DNA from: an uncultured archaeon
GTDB taxonomy: Archaea; Thermoproteota; Bathyarchaeia; TCS64
Assembly: GCA_938048735.1 (NCBI GenBank)
Contig: CALIUM010000011.1
Location: forward strand, 24,816 to 88,815
Length of the DNA stretch: 64,000 nucleotides
Reading direction: 5' to 3'
Shown: piece after piece, positions 45,672-56,141 of the stretch
Position numbering within the stretch: the first letter of the stretch is position 1
Layout of the letters: each line of letters begins with the position of its first letter
Translations under genes and position numbers: made by a program
Notes under the pieces: generated by a model
What the model was told of the DNA's origin: nothing
The model's database searches: none
Seen by the model: the letters and a program-made list of their open reading frames with translations, nothing else

Positions 45672-47879
45672 CTACTCTTTCACGATGTACTCGCTGGCCT
45701 GCGGAGGTTCTGGTGGAAGTCCCTTCCTCTCCCTCACCTTTCTCACTATATCGTGGAGCATGTTGTCTGGTACTGGAGCCCAGTGGTCGAAGGTGCACTG
45801 CCAAAAGGCTCTCCCCGATGTGGCCGCCCTCATCTCGCTCGCAAGTCCGAGGGCCTCGGAGACGGGGATGAAGCCTGTCACAGCTATCAGGGGCCCTTTC
45901 TGCTCAACGCTGTATATGTTCCCCCTCTTTCTATTCAGCAGGGAGGTAACATTGCCGAGCTCCTCGGCTGGTAGGGTCACCTGTATCTTGTATATAGGCT
46001 CAAGGAGGGTAGGCCTCGCTGAGAGGAGGGCTGCGTATATCGCCTGCCTGGTGGCCGGCATTATCTGGGCAGGGCCTCGATGGACGGGATCCTCGTGGAG
46101 CTGAGCATCAACCAGCATGACCTGGACCCCTCTTACAGCCTCGCCGGCGAAGGGGCCTGACTCCATAGTCCAGTGGAAGCCTCCAGCTATGTGGTCTTTC
46201 ACCTCTCTAAGATACTGGATTCCATAGGTAGCGTCCACGAGGATGTTGGCGTTCTGGTCCACTGCAACAACCTCCCTGGCGTCTCTAGATGACCATCCAG
46301 CCTTCTCAACTAGGACCTCCAGCCTCATCCTCCTCGAGAGGGCCTCGCTCAGGGCCCCCTCCCTTATCAGGTCGATGACCTTTGGGTCTAGGGGCTTCAC
46401 CGTAAACCAGAGCTTGTTATGCTTGTTCGGGCTCTTCCCCATAAATGGGCCAGCCTCCTCCCTTATCGACTCCCTGTAAACCACGGTGGGCTCTGAGGCT
46501 GTCACCTCCACATTGTACTCCCTCGCAAGGTCCTTGAGGGCTATCTCTAGGTGGAGCTCCCCGGCGCCGGATAGGAGGTACTCCCCCGTCTCCTGGTTTA
46601 TCACAGCAACCAGGTTTGGATCTTGGATGGTGAGCTTCGTCATCGCGTCTATCAATCTCGGCAGGTCCATTGGACGCTTGGGCTCGACGGCTATCGTGAG
46701 AACGGGCTCCGTGAAGTATTTGATCTGCTCGAAGCCGACGGCGCTATCCTTGTAGGCCGGGCTGACAATGGTCTCTCCGGCTCTGCCCGCGTCTATCCCG
46801 AGGAGGGCGACTATGTTCCCGCATGGTATGGCGTCGACCACCTCCCTGAACTGGCCCATGTATATACTGACCTGCTGGGCCTTGTAAGACCTGTTTGCCA
46901 TCAGGAGGTAGATGTCATCCCCCTTCCTTATGGTTCCGGAGAAGATCCTGCCCGTGTTTATTATGCCCGCTTGGGGATCTATGATGACGTTAGTTACACA
47001 TATCACCAATGGACCATCATCATCTAGTTTGAGCATAGCCTTTCCAATCTCGCTATCGAGGTCGCCGCGCCAAATCGCCTGGAGCCTGAAGGGCTGGGCC
47101 TCCAGAGGGCTGGGCAGGTGATGGACGACCATCTCCAGGATGGCCTCGTGGAGGGGGAGGAGCTTCTGGAGCTCCTCCACCTTTCCCTCTCTGTAGAACT
47201 CGACTATGTCGTTGAACTTCAGCCCCTTCCTCTTTAGCATGGGGAGGGTGAACCCCCACCTGTCAAGGGCGGAGCCGAATGCAACGGTCCCGTTGGCCGC
47301 GTTCACCGTCCACTTCTCCTTCACCTCATCTACGCCATAGGTCTGGACTATTGTGTTGAACTGGTTTATGATCCTCAGGAGCTTCTTCATGACGGCATCG
47401 GCGTCCATCTTCAGCTCCTTTATAAGGCGGTCGAACTTGTTGATGTAGAGGACAGGCCTAACCCTCTCCTCGAGGGCTGCCCTGAGCCTGACCTCGGTCA
47501 TTATCTGGAACTCCTCCACCGCATCGACAAGGAGGATACATCCATCCAGGGCCCTTAAGGCTCTGGTAACCTTCCCTGAGAAGTCTACATGGCCAGGGGT
47601 GTCTATGAGGTTTATCACGTACTCCTTCCCATCCTCCTCATACAGGAGGCTGATGTTCGCCGTCTTTATCGTGATGCCCCTCCTCTGCTCCTCCTCAAGG
47701 TAGTCTAATGCCCTCGCCTCCCCCGCCCTGCTCGGAGCCAGTAGGCCGGCCATGGCTAGGAGGCTGTCGCTCATGGTCGTCTTTCCGTGATCTATGTGGG
47801 CTATTATCCCGATGTTCCTGATGCGCTCCTTGTTATGCATCAGCTTCAATATATCCTCGGTCTGTCTGAACCTAGGCAT
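45672..47879 (-). CDS. fusA: Translation elongation factor 2 (aEF-2)
   Basis: GTPase G1 AHIDHGKTT; full-length EF-G/EF-2 domain pattern; 735 aa. Confidence 0.95.
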   Translation of the reverse strand: MPRFRQTEDILKLMHNKERIRNIGIIAHIDHGKTTMSDSLLAMAGLLAPSRAGEARALDYLEEEQRRGITIKTANISLLYEEDGKEYVINLIDTPGHVDFSGKVTRALRALDGCILLVDAVEEFQIMTEVRLRAALEERVRPVLYINKFDRLIKELKMDADAVMKKLLRIINQFNTIVQTYGVDEVKEKWTVNAANGTVAFGSALDRWGFTLPMLKRKGLKFNDIVEFYREGKVEELQKLLPLHEAILEMVVHHLPSPLEAQPFRLQAIWRGDLDSEIGKAMLKLDDDGPLVICVTNVIIDPQAGIINTGRIFSGTIRKGDDIYLLMANRSYKAQQVSIYMGQFREVVDAIPCGNIVALLGIDAGRAGETIVSPAYKDSAVGFEQIKYFTEPVLTIAVEPKRPMDLPRLIDAMTKLTIQDPNLVAVINQETGEYLLSGAGELHLEIALKDLAREYNVEVTASEPTVVYRESIREEAGPFMGKSPNKHNKLWFTVKPLDPKVIDLIREGALSEALSRRMRLEVLVEKAGWSSRDAREVVAVDQNANILVDATYGIQYLREVKDHIAGGFHWTMESGPFAGEAVRGVQVMLVDAQLHEDPVHRGPAQIMPATRQAIYAALLSARPTLLEPIYKIQVTLPAEELGNVTSLLNRKRGNIYSVEQKGPLIAVTGFIPVSEALGLASEMRAATSGRAFWQCTFDHWAPVPDNMLHDIVRKVRERKGLPPEPPQASEYIVKE

Positions 47880-48215
47880 AGCTGATCCTAACCCTTCCCG
47901 ACTTCGTATAGGAACGAACAGTTGCCTCTTTTAAACTATTCGTATTCTCGATGTCGGCGGGACCCATATTCAGTCTCACTTTCCACTTCGATTTAAAACC
48001 AGTTCGAGATTCAAGGGCATGCTTAACAGAATAATAAGAGGATCATAAAGTTCTCACCTCGAGAACAAGAAGAATATTGAGATGAAAGTAAAAATCTCAA
48101 GTTGAATGGTTTTAATATCTAGTTTATTAGCCCTTATAGAATCCTCCCCATCGAAGAGAAATCCCTTGTTGAAAAATATTTGGAGATATCTACTTGAGGC
48201 TTGAGTGTGGCTTCT

Positions 48216-49235
48216 TTATCTCTCCTCGTGGGTGAAGGCATAGGCCACGGGGGCTCCTGACTGAACCGCCTGGAGGCTTCCAGATGTTCCTAGGGATTGG
48301 CCGCATGGGTACGCCCATGTGTATCCGTCAACGGGCATTTCTATGACCTCCAGGACGTCACCGTAGAGGTCATAGACCTCGGCGAGGGCCTCACCCTTCC
48401 TTATGAACTCCCCTGGCTTCTTGAAGAATCTTATAAGGCCGCCTCTACCGGCCCTGATCATCCCGTAGAACCTGTTAACCCCGGGTACTATCGTGATTCC
48501 CTCCTGAGGCTCGACCTTACCGTCGATCATGTTGAAGGCCCTCATTATATTCAGGACTCCCCTAACGCCGACGCTTGTTGAAGGCTCGGAGATCCACCTG
48601 CCATCTATCAGCTCCTCTAGGATTACTGGGATCCCCTTCCTCGCAGCTAGGTTTCCAAGGGTTGGAGGCGAGTCCTCCTTGAGGGTCTCGTCTGAGTATA
48701 TTGTGGTTACCCCGAAGGCCTCCGCCATCCTGATGAGCTTATCCCTGGTCTCCGGGTTCCCGATATTGATCCACTGGTAGATGAGGGAGTCCGGCCTCGT
48801 GTTGCAGTGGATGTTTACTATGAGGTCTGACTTGCTCCAAGCCTCCCTCCAAAGGGCATACGCCAGTCTCTCCGTGGTATTGCCATTAGGGTTGTCGGCC
48901 CTCACCCCTCCAACATCTAGGTTATCTATCCACGAGAGGTATTGATGGTGCATGAAGGCCAGGGGGTTCCCGACGGGTATCCCTATGACTGCACCCCTGA
49001 GTTCCCTGGGATCAAGCCTCTCCCTCATCACCCTCCTAATGACCTCTATCCCCTGTATTTCGATGCCGTGCTGGGTTGACATCAGGAGGAGGGTGGGGCC
49101 ATCCTCTAGGCCATTCATCACCAATACAGGGATATCTATGCTAACCGTGTTCACAAGCTCCACACCCTTTATAACCCCCTTTTTCAGCTCCCCCCTCCCT
49201 GCCTTGACACTTCCCACCTCTATGACCTCGGGCAT
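48216..49235 (-). CDS. Succinylglutamate desuccinylase/aspartoacylase (AstE/AspA) family zinc hydrolase
   Basis: 339 aa; conserved His/Glu zinc-binding pattern of the AstE_AspA family (MSTQHGIE...NIHCN). Confidence 0.6.
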   Translation of the reverse strand: MPEVIEVGSVKAGRGELKKGVIKGVELVNTVSIDIPVLVMNGLEDGPTLLLMSTQHGIEIQGIEVIRRVMRERLDPRELRGAVIGIPVGNPLAFMHHQYLSWIDNLDVGGVRADNPNGNTTERLAYALWREAWSKSDLIVNIHCNTRPDSLIYQWINIGNPETRDKLIRMAEAFGVTTIYSDETLKEDSPPTLGNLAARKGIPVILEELIDGRWISEPSTSVGVRGVLNIMRAFNMIDGKVEPQEGITIVPGVNRFYGMIRAGRGGLIRFFKKPGEFIRKGEALAEVYDLYGDVLEVIEMPVDGYTWAYPCGQSLGTSGSLQAVQSGAPVAYAFTHEER

Positions 49236-49777
49236 GGCAGATATCCTCCGAGATCGGGATTCCCCTATTGGATATATGAGCCTTTGTAAATGTAGAGCTG
49301 TTAGGCTCTGTCTTCGAAGACTGGTGTCACCCTAAATCCTAGAATTAGAGCAGAGCACAAGAATCATTGTTTTTGCCCTTAGTGGACCACGGATGGGCTC
49401 TAGGATTAGTCTATCTGGGTCTACATGATCCTTAATGAACTCTCTGAAACTCGTATGGCGTTTGACTTTCGCTGGTATGAGCACTCACCCTTTACCATCG
49501 ATTTTAAGATATGGTTAACCATCCTACTATCCCGCCTAAGAGATATATCTAAACATAATAACTTTTTACAACTCCCATATCGACTGAGATTCTGAGGTAT
49601 AGGATCCTACCTAATGATAGCATCAGTAATGAGGTAGGGCTAGAGGGTTAGGAACTTGGAGATTTCCAACTGCCAAGATTCAATTTTAAGATATTAAAAT
49701 AGATGAACTTCCAAACATGGCTCTTCGAAATAATAATTGTAAACATGTAGTTATCTATATAAAATTATTGATAGATC

Positions 49778-51229
49778 TCAATCTATGAGTTCATATATTC
49801 TCCCATGCTCTTTTTCTCCCCTGAGGATGCGCCCCCTCATCTCTCTAGCCAGCATATTAGCTGTAGGTGTGGGATATTCTCCAGTTACGCATCCTAGGCA
49901 GAGATCCTCCATCTTCATCCCAGTCGCCCTTACATAGTCCTCTATTGGCTGGTAGTTTACGCTGTCGGCTCCAAGCTCCTTCGCTATCTCTTCCGGGGTC
50001 ATCCGAGCCCCTATCAGCTCCCCATATGTGGCCATATCGACGCCATAGAAGCATGGGCCTACGATCCTTGGAAAGGTTATGAAGAGGTGGATCTCCCTAG
50101 CTCCAGCCTCCCTTAGGCGCCTCACAGCCGAGCGAGTCGTATCCCCCCTCACGATGCTATCGTCGACAACGGCGATCCTCTTTCCAGCTATTTTGGACTT
50201 AAGGATATTCACCTTCCTGTATATGATGTTCTTCCTATCCTCAGCTCCCATTATGAAGGCTCTCTGGGTTACATATCTATGTCTCCTGGTCGCCATCTCC
50301 CAGGGGAGGCCGGACTCCTCGTGGAATCCATAGGCTGCGTCGTTGGCTGTCTCGGGGATGGAGATCACCATATCACATCTGGAGGCGGTCTCGGAGTACC
50401 TTGAGGCTAGGTTAACCCCGAAGTCCCTCCTCACCTCATATACATATCTATCGTCGAATATGGAGTCGGGGCGGGCGAAGTAGGCGAACTCGAAGGCGCA
50501 GAAGGCTCTCCGCCTACATGGGATAAGCTGCTCCCTCGAGAGGGATGATCCGTTCACCATGAGGAGCTCCCCGGGCTGGATCTCCCCCACCCTCTCCATT
50601 CCGTTTATGTCGAGCCCCACGCTCTCGGAGCTGAAGGCATCGACATCCCCCCCTCCACCGTAGCATAAGGGCTTGAAGCCGTAGGGGTCCTTGAAGGCGA
50701 AGAGGGTGCCCTCGCCCGTCAGGCCGATTATGGAGAAGGAGCCCTCAGCCCTCTCCATGCACCTCCTGATCCCCTCCTCTAACGAGCCCTCCTCCTGGAT
50801 TCCATAGAGTAGCATCCTGCATATTATATGGGCGTCCGATCCTGCGTTTCCGAACTCCTCTCGGAGGCTCTTTACATTGACTATATTCCCGTTAAAGGAT
50901 ATGGCGATGGAGTTTCCACCGTCGGAGGTGTGGATGGGCATCGCATCCCTTCTAAGGGAGGCCTCATCGCACGCCCCTGAAGTTGCATATCTCACGTTTC
51001 CTATCCCCACCCTCCCCGATAGCTCCCCTATCCCGGGTTTAGAGCTGAGATGCAATATCGGTGGGATGAGGCCAAGCTCCCTGAAGACCTTGATCCCGCC
51101 GTTGTAAACCGCGAATCCATAGCTTTGATGTCCTCTATGGTTCTGGGCCAGTAGACCCCAGTATAGGTAGGGGAGGGCATCCCCCTCTTTCACGCGAACC
51201 CCGTACACTCCGCATCCCTCCCACATCAT
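49778..51229 (-). CDS. purF: Amidophosphoribosyltransferase
   Basis: N-terminal nucleophile Cys in CGVYGV after a short propeptide; Ntn-glutaminase domain; PRPP-binding VVDDSIVRGDT. Confidence 0.9.
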   Translation of the reverse strand: MMWEGCGVYGVRVKEGDALPYLYWGLLAQNHRGHQSYGFAVYNGGIKVFRELGLIPPILHLSSKPGIGELSGRVGIGNVRYATSGACDEASLRRDAMPIHTSDGGNSIAISFNGNIVNVKSLREEFGNAGSDAHIICRMLLYGIQEEGSLEEGIRRCMERAEGSFSIIGLTGEGTLFAFKDPYGFKPLCYGGGGDVDAFSSESVGLDINGMERVGEIQPGELLMVNGSSLSREQLIPCRRRAFCAFEFAYFARPDSIFDDRYVYEVRRDFGVNLASRYSETASRCDMVISIPETANDAAYGFHEESGLPWEMATRRHRYVTQRAFIMGAEDRKNIIYRKVNILKSKIAGKRIAVVDDSIVRGDTTRSAVRRLREAGAREIHLFITFPRIVGPCFYGVDMATYGELIGARMTPEEIAKELGADSVNYQPIEDYVRATGMKMEDLCLGCVTGEYPTPTANMLAREMRGRILRGEKEHGRIYELID

Positions 51230-51230
51230 C

Positions 51231-52175
51231 TCAGCCCCCTAGAGCCTCATCCAAGCTCTTCAACTCGAAGTCATTGAGGCTTTTTCTTCCCGTTAGGACC
51301 TCATATGAGGCGACGCACCTCTTTGAGATCTCACATACCACGGGCCACGGTATCTCCGGGGGCGGCCCCTCCCCAAGGTATCCTATCCTTCTGCAGTACT
51401 CTCTGAGGAACTCCTTGTCTAGGCTGTGGGCCTCTTGGGGGGCTCCAGCGTTGTAAAATCTCTCATCCCAGAACCGCGCCGAGTCGTGCGTGGGGGGCTC
51501 ATCTATCTGGATGAGCAGATCCCGCAACCTTCCATACTCGAGCTTGAAGTCTGGTATTATAATACCTCTTCTCCTAGCCTCCGCTCTGTAAAACTCATAG
51601 AGCCTGTATGTGGCTTCCTCCAGCTCATCCCACTCATCCTTCCCGACTAGACCAGCCTCCAGTGCCTCTCTCCGCGATATCTCCCTGTCATGGCCCACCT
51701 CGCTCTTGGTGGTGGGGGTGAGGATGACCTCGGGTAGTTCCTCTCCCATGACCAGCCCATCTGGCAGTCTGACCCCGCTTATAACCCTTACACCATCCCT
51801 ATACGCCCTCCAGGCCGAGCCGTAGAGGTATCCCCTGCATATCCACTCGATATCTATCCTATCAGCCTTCATCACCCTCATAGTCCTATTATCCACGGAC
51901 TCTATGAAGTGATTTGGGAAGATCCCCTTAGTCCTCTCGAACCAGTATTCCGACAGGGCGTGGATGCTCATCCCTTTATGGGGGATGAGGGTTGGGAAGA
52001 CCACATCGAAGGCGGATATCCTATCCGTCGTCACTATGAGCAGCTCCTCTCCCTGGTCGTAGATATCCCTCACCTTCCCCCTCCTAGGAGGCCTCGCCCC
52101 TCCGAAGAGGTCTGATGCCCCCAGCACCTCTGTATATCCTCCCCAAATGGGGTCAGGGACAAGCCTCTTCTCCAT
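51231..52175 (-). CDS. purC: Phosphoribosylaminoimidazole-succinocarboxamide synthase (SAICAR synthetase)
   Basis: RGKVRDIY and LIVTTDRISAFD motifs; 314 aa (long-form PurC); adjacent to purF. Confidence 0.85.
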   Translation of the reverse strand: MEKRLVPDPIWGGYTEVLGASDLFGGARPPRRGKVRDIYDQGEELLIVTTDRISAFDVVFPTLIPHKGMSIHALSEYWFERTKGIFPNHFIESVDNRTMRVMKADRIDIEWICRGYLYGSAWRAYRDGVRVISGVRLPDGLVMGEELPEVILTPTTKSEVGHDREISRREALEAGLVGKDEWDELEEATYRLYEFYRAEARRRGIIIPDFKLEYGRLRDLLIQIDEPPTHDSARFWDERFYNAGAPQEAHSLDKEFLREYCRRIGYLGEGPPPEIPWPVVCEISKRCVASYEVLTGRKSLNDFELKSLDEALGG

Positions 52176-52282
52176 CGCCGACTCTCCCCCGAGAGATTAA
52201 CATCCTTTAAACACCCCGTTTATATATTAAACATAGGTGATTGGGGATTCCCTCCATGGGTTGGATAGGGGGTTCCTGAGTT

Positions 52283-53584
52283 ATGGTGAAGGTCATCATA
52301 GTTGGAGCGGGCCCTGCAGGCTTATTCGCCGCTCATGAACTCGCGGACTTCTGCGATGTCACCATCCTAGAGGAAAGGGATCACGTCGGTGGCTCGGGCC
52401 TATATTCCGACGGGAAGCTCAACTTCCATCCAAGGATAGGTGGAGATATCACACAATTTATTCCCGAGGATGATGCTTGGATGCTTATATCATACATCAA
52501 GCAGATCTTCTCGGGCCTCGGGGTGGAGCTACATCCTCCAGATGAGACGGGCGTGAGGGATCTAGAGGCCAAGGCCATTAAGGCTGGGATGAGGTTTGTG
52601 AGGATAGAGCAGAGCCACATCGGCTCCGACCATCTACCCTCGGTAATTGGTAGGATGAGGTCTAAGCTCGAGGAGAAGGGTGTCGATTTTAGGCTGAGAG
52701 TTAGGGTTAGGGACCTAATTCTTGAATCGGGAAGGATAAGGGGTGTGGAGACCGCTGAAGGGGTGTACCCCGCTGATGCCATCCTTCTGGCCCCCGGGCG
52801 GATAGGGTCGAATTGGCTTGTGGATCTCATGAAGAGGCTTGGGGTGGGAATGAGCTATAATCCACTGGATATCGGTGTGAGGGTTGAGGTTCCAAATGAG
52901 GTCTTTGAGGAGATGATACAGGGATATAGGTGCTGGGATCCAAAGTTCCATATACATACGCCGAGCTACGACGACTTCTCAAGGACCTTCTGCGTCTGTC
53001 CGAGGGGCTATGTCTTCAAGGAGGCCTACGATGAGGAGGTCTTCGGGGTGAATGGGCACTCTATGAGGGAGAAGGGGAGCCCTAACACGAACTTCGCCCT
53101 TTTGGTGAGAATAAGCCTAACGGAGCCCCTCGAGAACACGACCGAGTATGGGCGGAGGATCGCCCAGTTAGCCAACACCCTAGGCGGAAGGAGGCCAATC
53201 CTCCAGAGGCTTGGAGACCTGAGGGGGCACAGGCGCTCGACTTGGGAGAGGATCGAGAGGAGCTACGTCGAGCCCACTCTGAGGGATGTGACCCCCGGCG
53301 ACATATCCATGGCCTACCCGAGCAGGATAGTCAGGGACCTATTAGAGGCCTTGGAGATCCTGGACAGAGTGGCACCTGGGGTGAACGCGGGATCGACGCT
53401 GATCTATGCTCCCGAGATCAAGTTCTACGCCATGCGCATAGAGACAGATAATCAGCTCAGGACGGCCATTCCAAACCTTTATGTTGCGGGTGATGGAGCT
53501 GGGGTTTCGAGGGGCATAGTGGGAGCGGCAGCTACGGGAGTCATAGCTGCAAGGGGGATAAAGGCCTCGTTCTCAGGAGCTTAA
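52283..53584 (+). CDS. FAD-dependent oxidoreductase (COG2509-like flavoprotein)
   Basis: N-terminal dinucleotide-binding VIIVGAGPAGLFAA...ILE; C-terminal GD..G motif YVAGDGAG. Confidence 0.65.
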   Translation: MVKVIIVGAGPAGLFAAHELADFCDVTILEERDHVGGSGLYSDGKLNFHPRIGGDITQFIPEDDAWMLISYIKQIFSGLGVELHPPDETGVRDLEAKAIKAGMRFVRIEQSHIGSDHLPSVIGRMRSKLEEKGVDFRLRVRVRDLILESGRIRGVETAEGVYPADAILLAPGRIGSNWLVDLMKRLGVGMSYNPLDIGVRVEVPNEVFEEMIQGYRCWDPKFHIHTPSYDDFSRTFCVCPRGYVFKEAYDEEVFGVNGHSMREKGSPNTNFALLVRISLTEPLENTTEYGRRIAQLANTLGGRRPILQRLGDLRGHRRSTWERIERSYVEPTLRDVTPGDISMAYPSRIVRDLLEALEILDRVAPGVNAGSTLIYAPEIKFYAMRIETDNQLRTAIPNLYVAGDGAGVSRGIVGAAATGVIAARGIKASFSGA

Positions 53585-53635
53585 TCGCTCTTATAAAGGG
53601 AGCATCCTTTAATTTGGAGGCTCGGGAGTTTACCT

Positions 53636-54232
53636 GTGGTCTCAGGAGGTCTTAAGGAGAGGTTCGAGAGGTGGATCGGCCCCAGGCTCAGCATCCTCAC
53701 GGCCATAGGTGTCACCCCAAACCTCTTAACCCTGGTGGGCCTCATCCTCTCAGCCGCCTCAGCTTGGCTCTATATCAGCTGGAGCTCTAGTAGGCTGATG
53801 CCCCTGCTCGCAGCTGTCACACTCCTCCTCTCGGGTCTCCTGGACTCCATCGATGGGGTTCTAGCCCGCATGACCGGAAAAGCCTCACTCTTAGGAGGCT
53901 TCCTGGACTCCCTTTCCGATAGGTACTCGGATGCCATGGTCCTCGGGGCTATAACAGCCTCGGGCCTATGCGGCCTATCTTGGGGATTAGCAGCATTGGT
54001 GGGCTCGATGATGGTCAGCTATGTGAGGTCCCGAGCAGAGGCGTCAGGGGTGGATATGAGAGCTGTGGGCCTGGCGGAGAGGGCTGAGAGAATCCTAATC
54101 CTATCTACTGCCACCCTATTATCATATCTGAATAGGGAGGCCATAGGCTGGGGGGTGGCCCTACTCGCGCTTCTCTCACATATAACGGTTCTTCAGAGAG
54201 TCCTCCACTTCTATAAGAAGGTTAGGATCTAA
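53636..54232 (+). CDS. CDP-alcohol phosphatidyltransferase
   Basis: Signature DSIDGVLARMTGKASLLGGFLDSLSDRYSD (Dx2DGx2ARx8Gx3Dx3D); 5-6 TM helices. Confidence 0.8.
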   Translation: MVSGGLKERFERWIGPRLSILTAIGVTPNLLTLVGLILSAASAWLYISWSSSRLMPLLAAVTLLLSGLLDSIDGVLARMTGKASLLGGFLDSLSDRYSDAMVLGAITASGLCGLSWGLAALVGSMMVSYVRSRAEASGVDMRAVGLAERAERILILSTATLLSYLNREAIGWGVALLALLSHITVLQRVLHFYKKVRI

Positions 54233-54270
54233 TTTTAGATAGAGAAAATTAATTTTAGATAGAGAAAATG
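54231..54270. repeat. Tandem direct repeat, 2 x 20 bp (aattttagatagagaaaatt / aattttagatagagaaaatg), in a convergent intergenic region
   Basis: Read directly; 19/20 identical; spans the stop of the phosphatidyltransferase and lies just 3' of the S26e gene. Confidence 0.9.
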
Positions 54271-54276
54271 GAAAAT

Positions 54277-54567
54277 TTACCTTCTATGAGTTGCCTTGCT
54301 CATCCTCTCCTCCTTTCCCCTGACCTTCACGACCCCCCTGTGGACGGCGCAGCTAATGCACAAGTATTTGGTGGTTCTCTCCCTAGATATTCGAACTCCC
54401 TGCTGCTCAAGCTCCTTCATAAGCCTCGGATCCACTATAGAGGTCCATCTGGTGATCTTCTTGGCCTTATCCCTTGGGACGAGGGCGTTGCAGTAGCTGC
54501 ACTGAACCATGCTCTCCCGCCCCTTGTCTCCCTTTGACCTGCCCCTGCTGATCCTCTTCTTCGGCAT
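54277..54567 (-). CDS. rps26e: Ribosomal protein S26e (eS26)
   Basis: MPKKRISRGRSKGDKG...C.YC...VPRDKA.K.TRW....D...C.SC pattern of eS26 with its zinc-binding Cys residues; 96 aa. Confidence 0.85.
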   Translation of the reverse strand: MPKKRISRGRSKGDKGRESMVQCSYCNALVPRDKAKKITRWTSIVDPRLMKELEQQGVRISRERTTKYLCISCAVHRGVVKVRGKEERMSKATHRR

Positions 54568-54652
54568 CCGATCCTCCTGAGAAGGGAGAGCCTTCTATAA
54601 TATAAAGTATGTCAGTTCTCCATGTCTGATGGGCTTTCTCTCACGCTATCCT

Positions 54653-55351
54653 CTATACCTCTGATCTATTCTCATCCAACGCGTCCAATGAGGCCCCCGT
54701 AGTTCGGCATTTATCCCCCCTTCCGCAATCTTCAAGGATCTTCTCAAGCGCCTCGTAGTAGATGATGTTCGCCACCTTCATGTATCCGGCTTGGGATAGG
54801 TGAACCCCGTCGCTCGAAAAGGTCTCCCTGAGCCTTCCAGAATCGTCGGCCGTGGCTGAGAAGAGATCTGCCATCGGTATTCTGTGAGCCCTGCAGTGTC
54901 TCCTCAATAGATCGTTGAGCCTCTTTATCCTGGGTATAAGTTCATCATATCCTAGGACTGATGTAAGGGTGCAGGCTATGGGCTTTATATCACATTCCAG
55001 AGCCATCTCATAAATCCTCCTCAGGTTGTAATAGATCTCCTCAGGCTCCTCTAGGGAGAACAGGTCGTTTATGCCTCCCCAGACGATCACATAATCTGGC
55101 CTCAGTGGAGCAACCTGTGATTGGAGCCTTTGAAGCATTCTCCCGGTGGTATCGCCTGGAACGCCAAGATTTATGAAGGAGACCTCGAGATGATACAACC
55201 CCTTTCTTGGAAGCTCCCTATAGATTATGGCCTCTAGGAAAGACGTGTAGGGGAACTCCTCTCTCCCTGGTAGATATAACCCCGGAGGCTGGAATCCAAC
55301 GGTCAGGCTGTCCCCTAGGGCGACGAACCTAAGCAAGATCCTCTCGGTCAT
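54653..55351 (-). CDS. SGNH/GDSL-family hydrolase
   Basis: GDSLT block I; GGINDL block III; DGVH block V. Confidence 0.75.
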   Translation of the reverse strand: MTERILLRFVALGDSLTVGFQPPGLYLPGREEFPYTSFLEAIIYRELPRKGLYHLEVSFINLGVPGDTTGRMLQRLQSQVAPLRPDYVIVWGGINDLFSLEEPEEIYYNLRRIYEMALECDIKPIACTLTSVLGYDELIPRIKRLNDLLRRHCRAHRIPMADLFSATADDSGRLRETFSSDGVHLSQAGYMKVANIIYYEALEKILEDCGRGDKCRTTGASLDALDENRSEV

Positions 55352-55435
55352 GGTGAACCCGAATAGGGCACATCAACAATATTTGACCTTTCTGTCAAAT
55401 CCCTTCAGCCATCATAAATCAGGAATAGCTGAATC

Positions 55436-56101
55436 TCATTTTATAGCATAACATACTTTGGATTTGTAATCTATAGCTCCGCCTTTAAATGCTTGGAGGA
55501 GGTCGATGGCAGCCGCTTTTGCTCCAATCTCCGCTGTTAAGGGGGTCTCTCCAGCTCCAATTATGATCACATCCTCTTCCTCCACATCAAACCCTTCCAG
55601 GAGCCTCGCCTGGATCTCGGTCGGGATTTTTATCTCTACCCCGGGCATCTGGAAGCCTCCACCTCTATATATGAGGGTTGTCGCCCCCCTGGCGCCGACC
55701 TTTATGGCCACATCTCGCTGCTCTACTCCACTCCTGATCAGCTCCGCCGCTCCCTTGACGAGGACTGCGTGGTTGTGGGGCCCGACTGTTATCTCGGTCT
55801 CGGGGAGCTCCATGGAGGATATGATGCTCTTGATGTCCATTAGAACTTGCAGGCCTCTCTCTGAGAGCCTCATACCCTCCCTTGAAACCTTCAGGAGCCC
55901 CTCCCCCCTCAGGCGCCTAACAAGGGTTCTGACCACTCCCTCCCCCAGCCCCATCAGCCTGGCAAGCTCCTGTCTTCCAACCGCATCTGAAGATCCCAGG
56001 ATCTCCAGTGCCTTTAGTACGTGGGCCGTGGTGTAGATGGGGGCTCTACCAGCCGAGATCCTGGATGCAACCCTCTCCAAAGCCTCGAAGCCCAAACCCA
56101 T
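55436..56101 (-). CDS. Putative transcriptional regulator (N-terminal winged HTH plus C-terminal uncharacterised domain)
   Basis: wHTH-like SDAVGRQELARLMGLGEGVVRTLVRRLRGEGLL; 221 aa; directly upstream of the DUF4430/ECF-S genes. Confidence 0.5.
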   Translation of the reverse strand: MGLGFEALERVASRISAGRAPIYTTAHVLKALEILGSSDAVGRQELARLMGLGEGVVRTLVRRLRGEGLLKVSREGMRLSERGLQVLMDIKSIISSMELPETEITVGPHNHAVLVKGAAELIRSGVEQRDVAIKVGARGATTLIYRGGGFQMPGVEIKIPTEIQARLLEGFDVEEEDVIIIGAGETPLTAEIGAKAAAIDLLQAFKGGAIDYKSKVCYAIK

Positions 56102-56141
56102 AATCCCCTCAAGAGATTCGGGCTTATTAATCGTATCAGCT

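Noticed and set aside
45622-47259. Multiple 68-160-aa ORFs on both strands within the EF-2 gene, including Pro/Gly/Arg-rich frames
   Set aside because: They are alternative frames of a highly conserved GC-rich gene, with low-complexity translations.
49236-49777. Possible C/D-box sRNA in the 540-bp spacer upstream of purF (AATGATAG ... CTGA elements)
   Set aside because: The box-like strings are weak. I could not identify a convincing C/D/C'/D' arrangement with guide regions by eye. It needs a covariance-model search before being reported as a feature.
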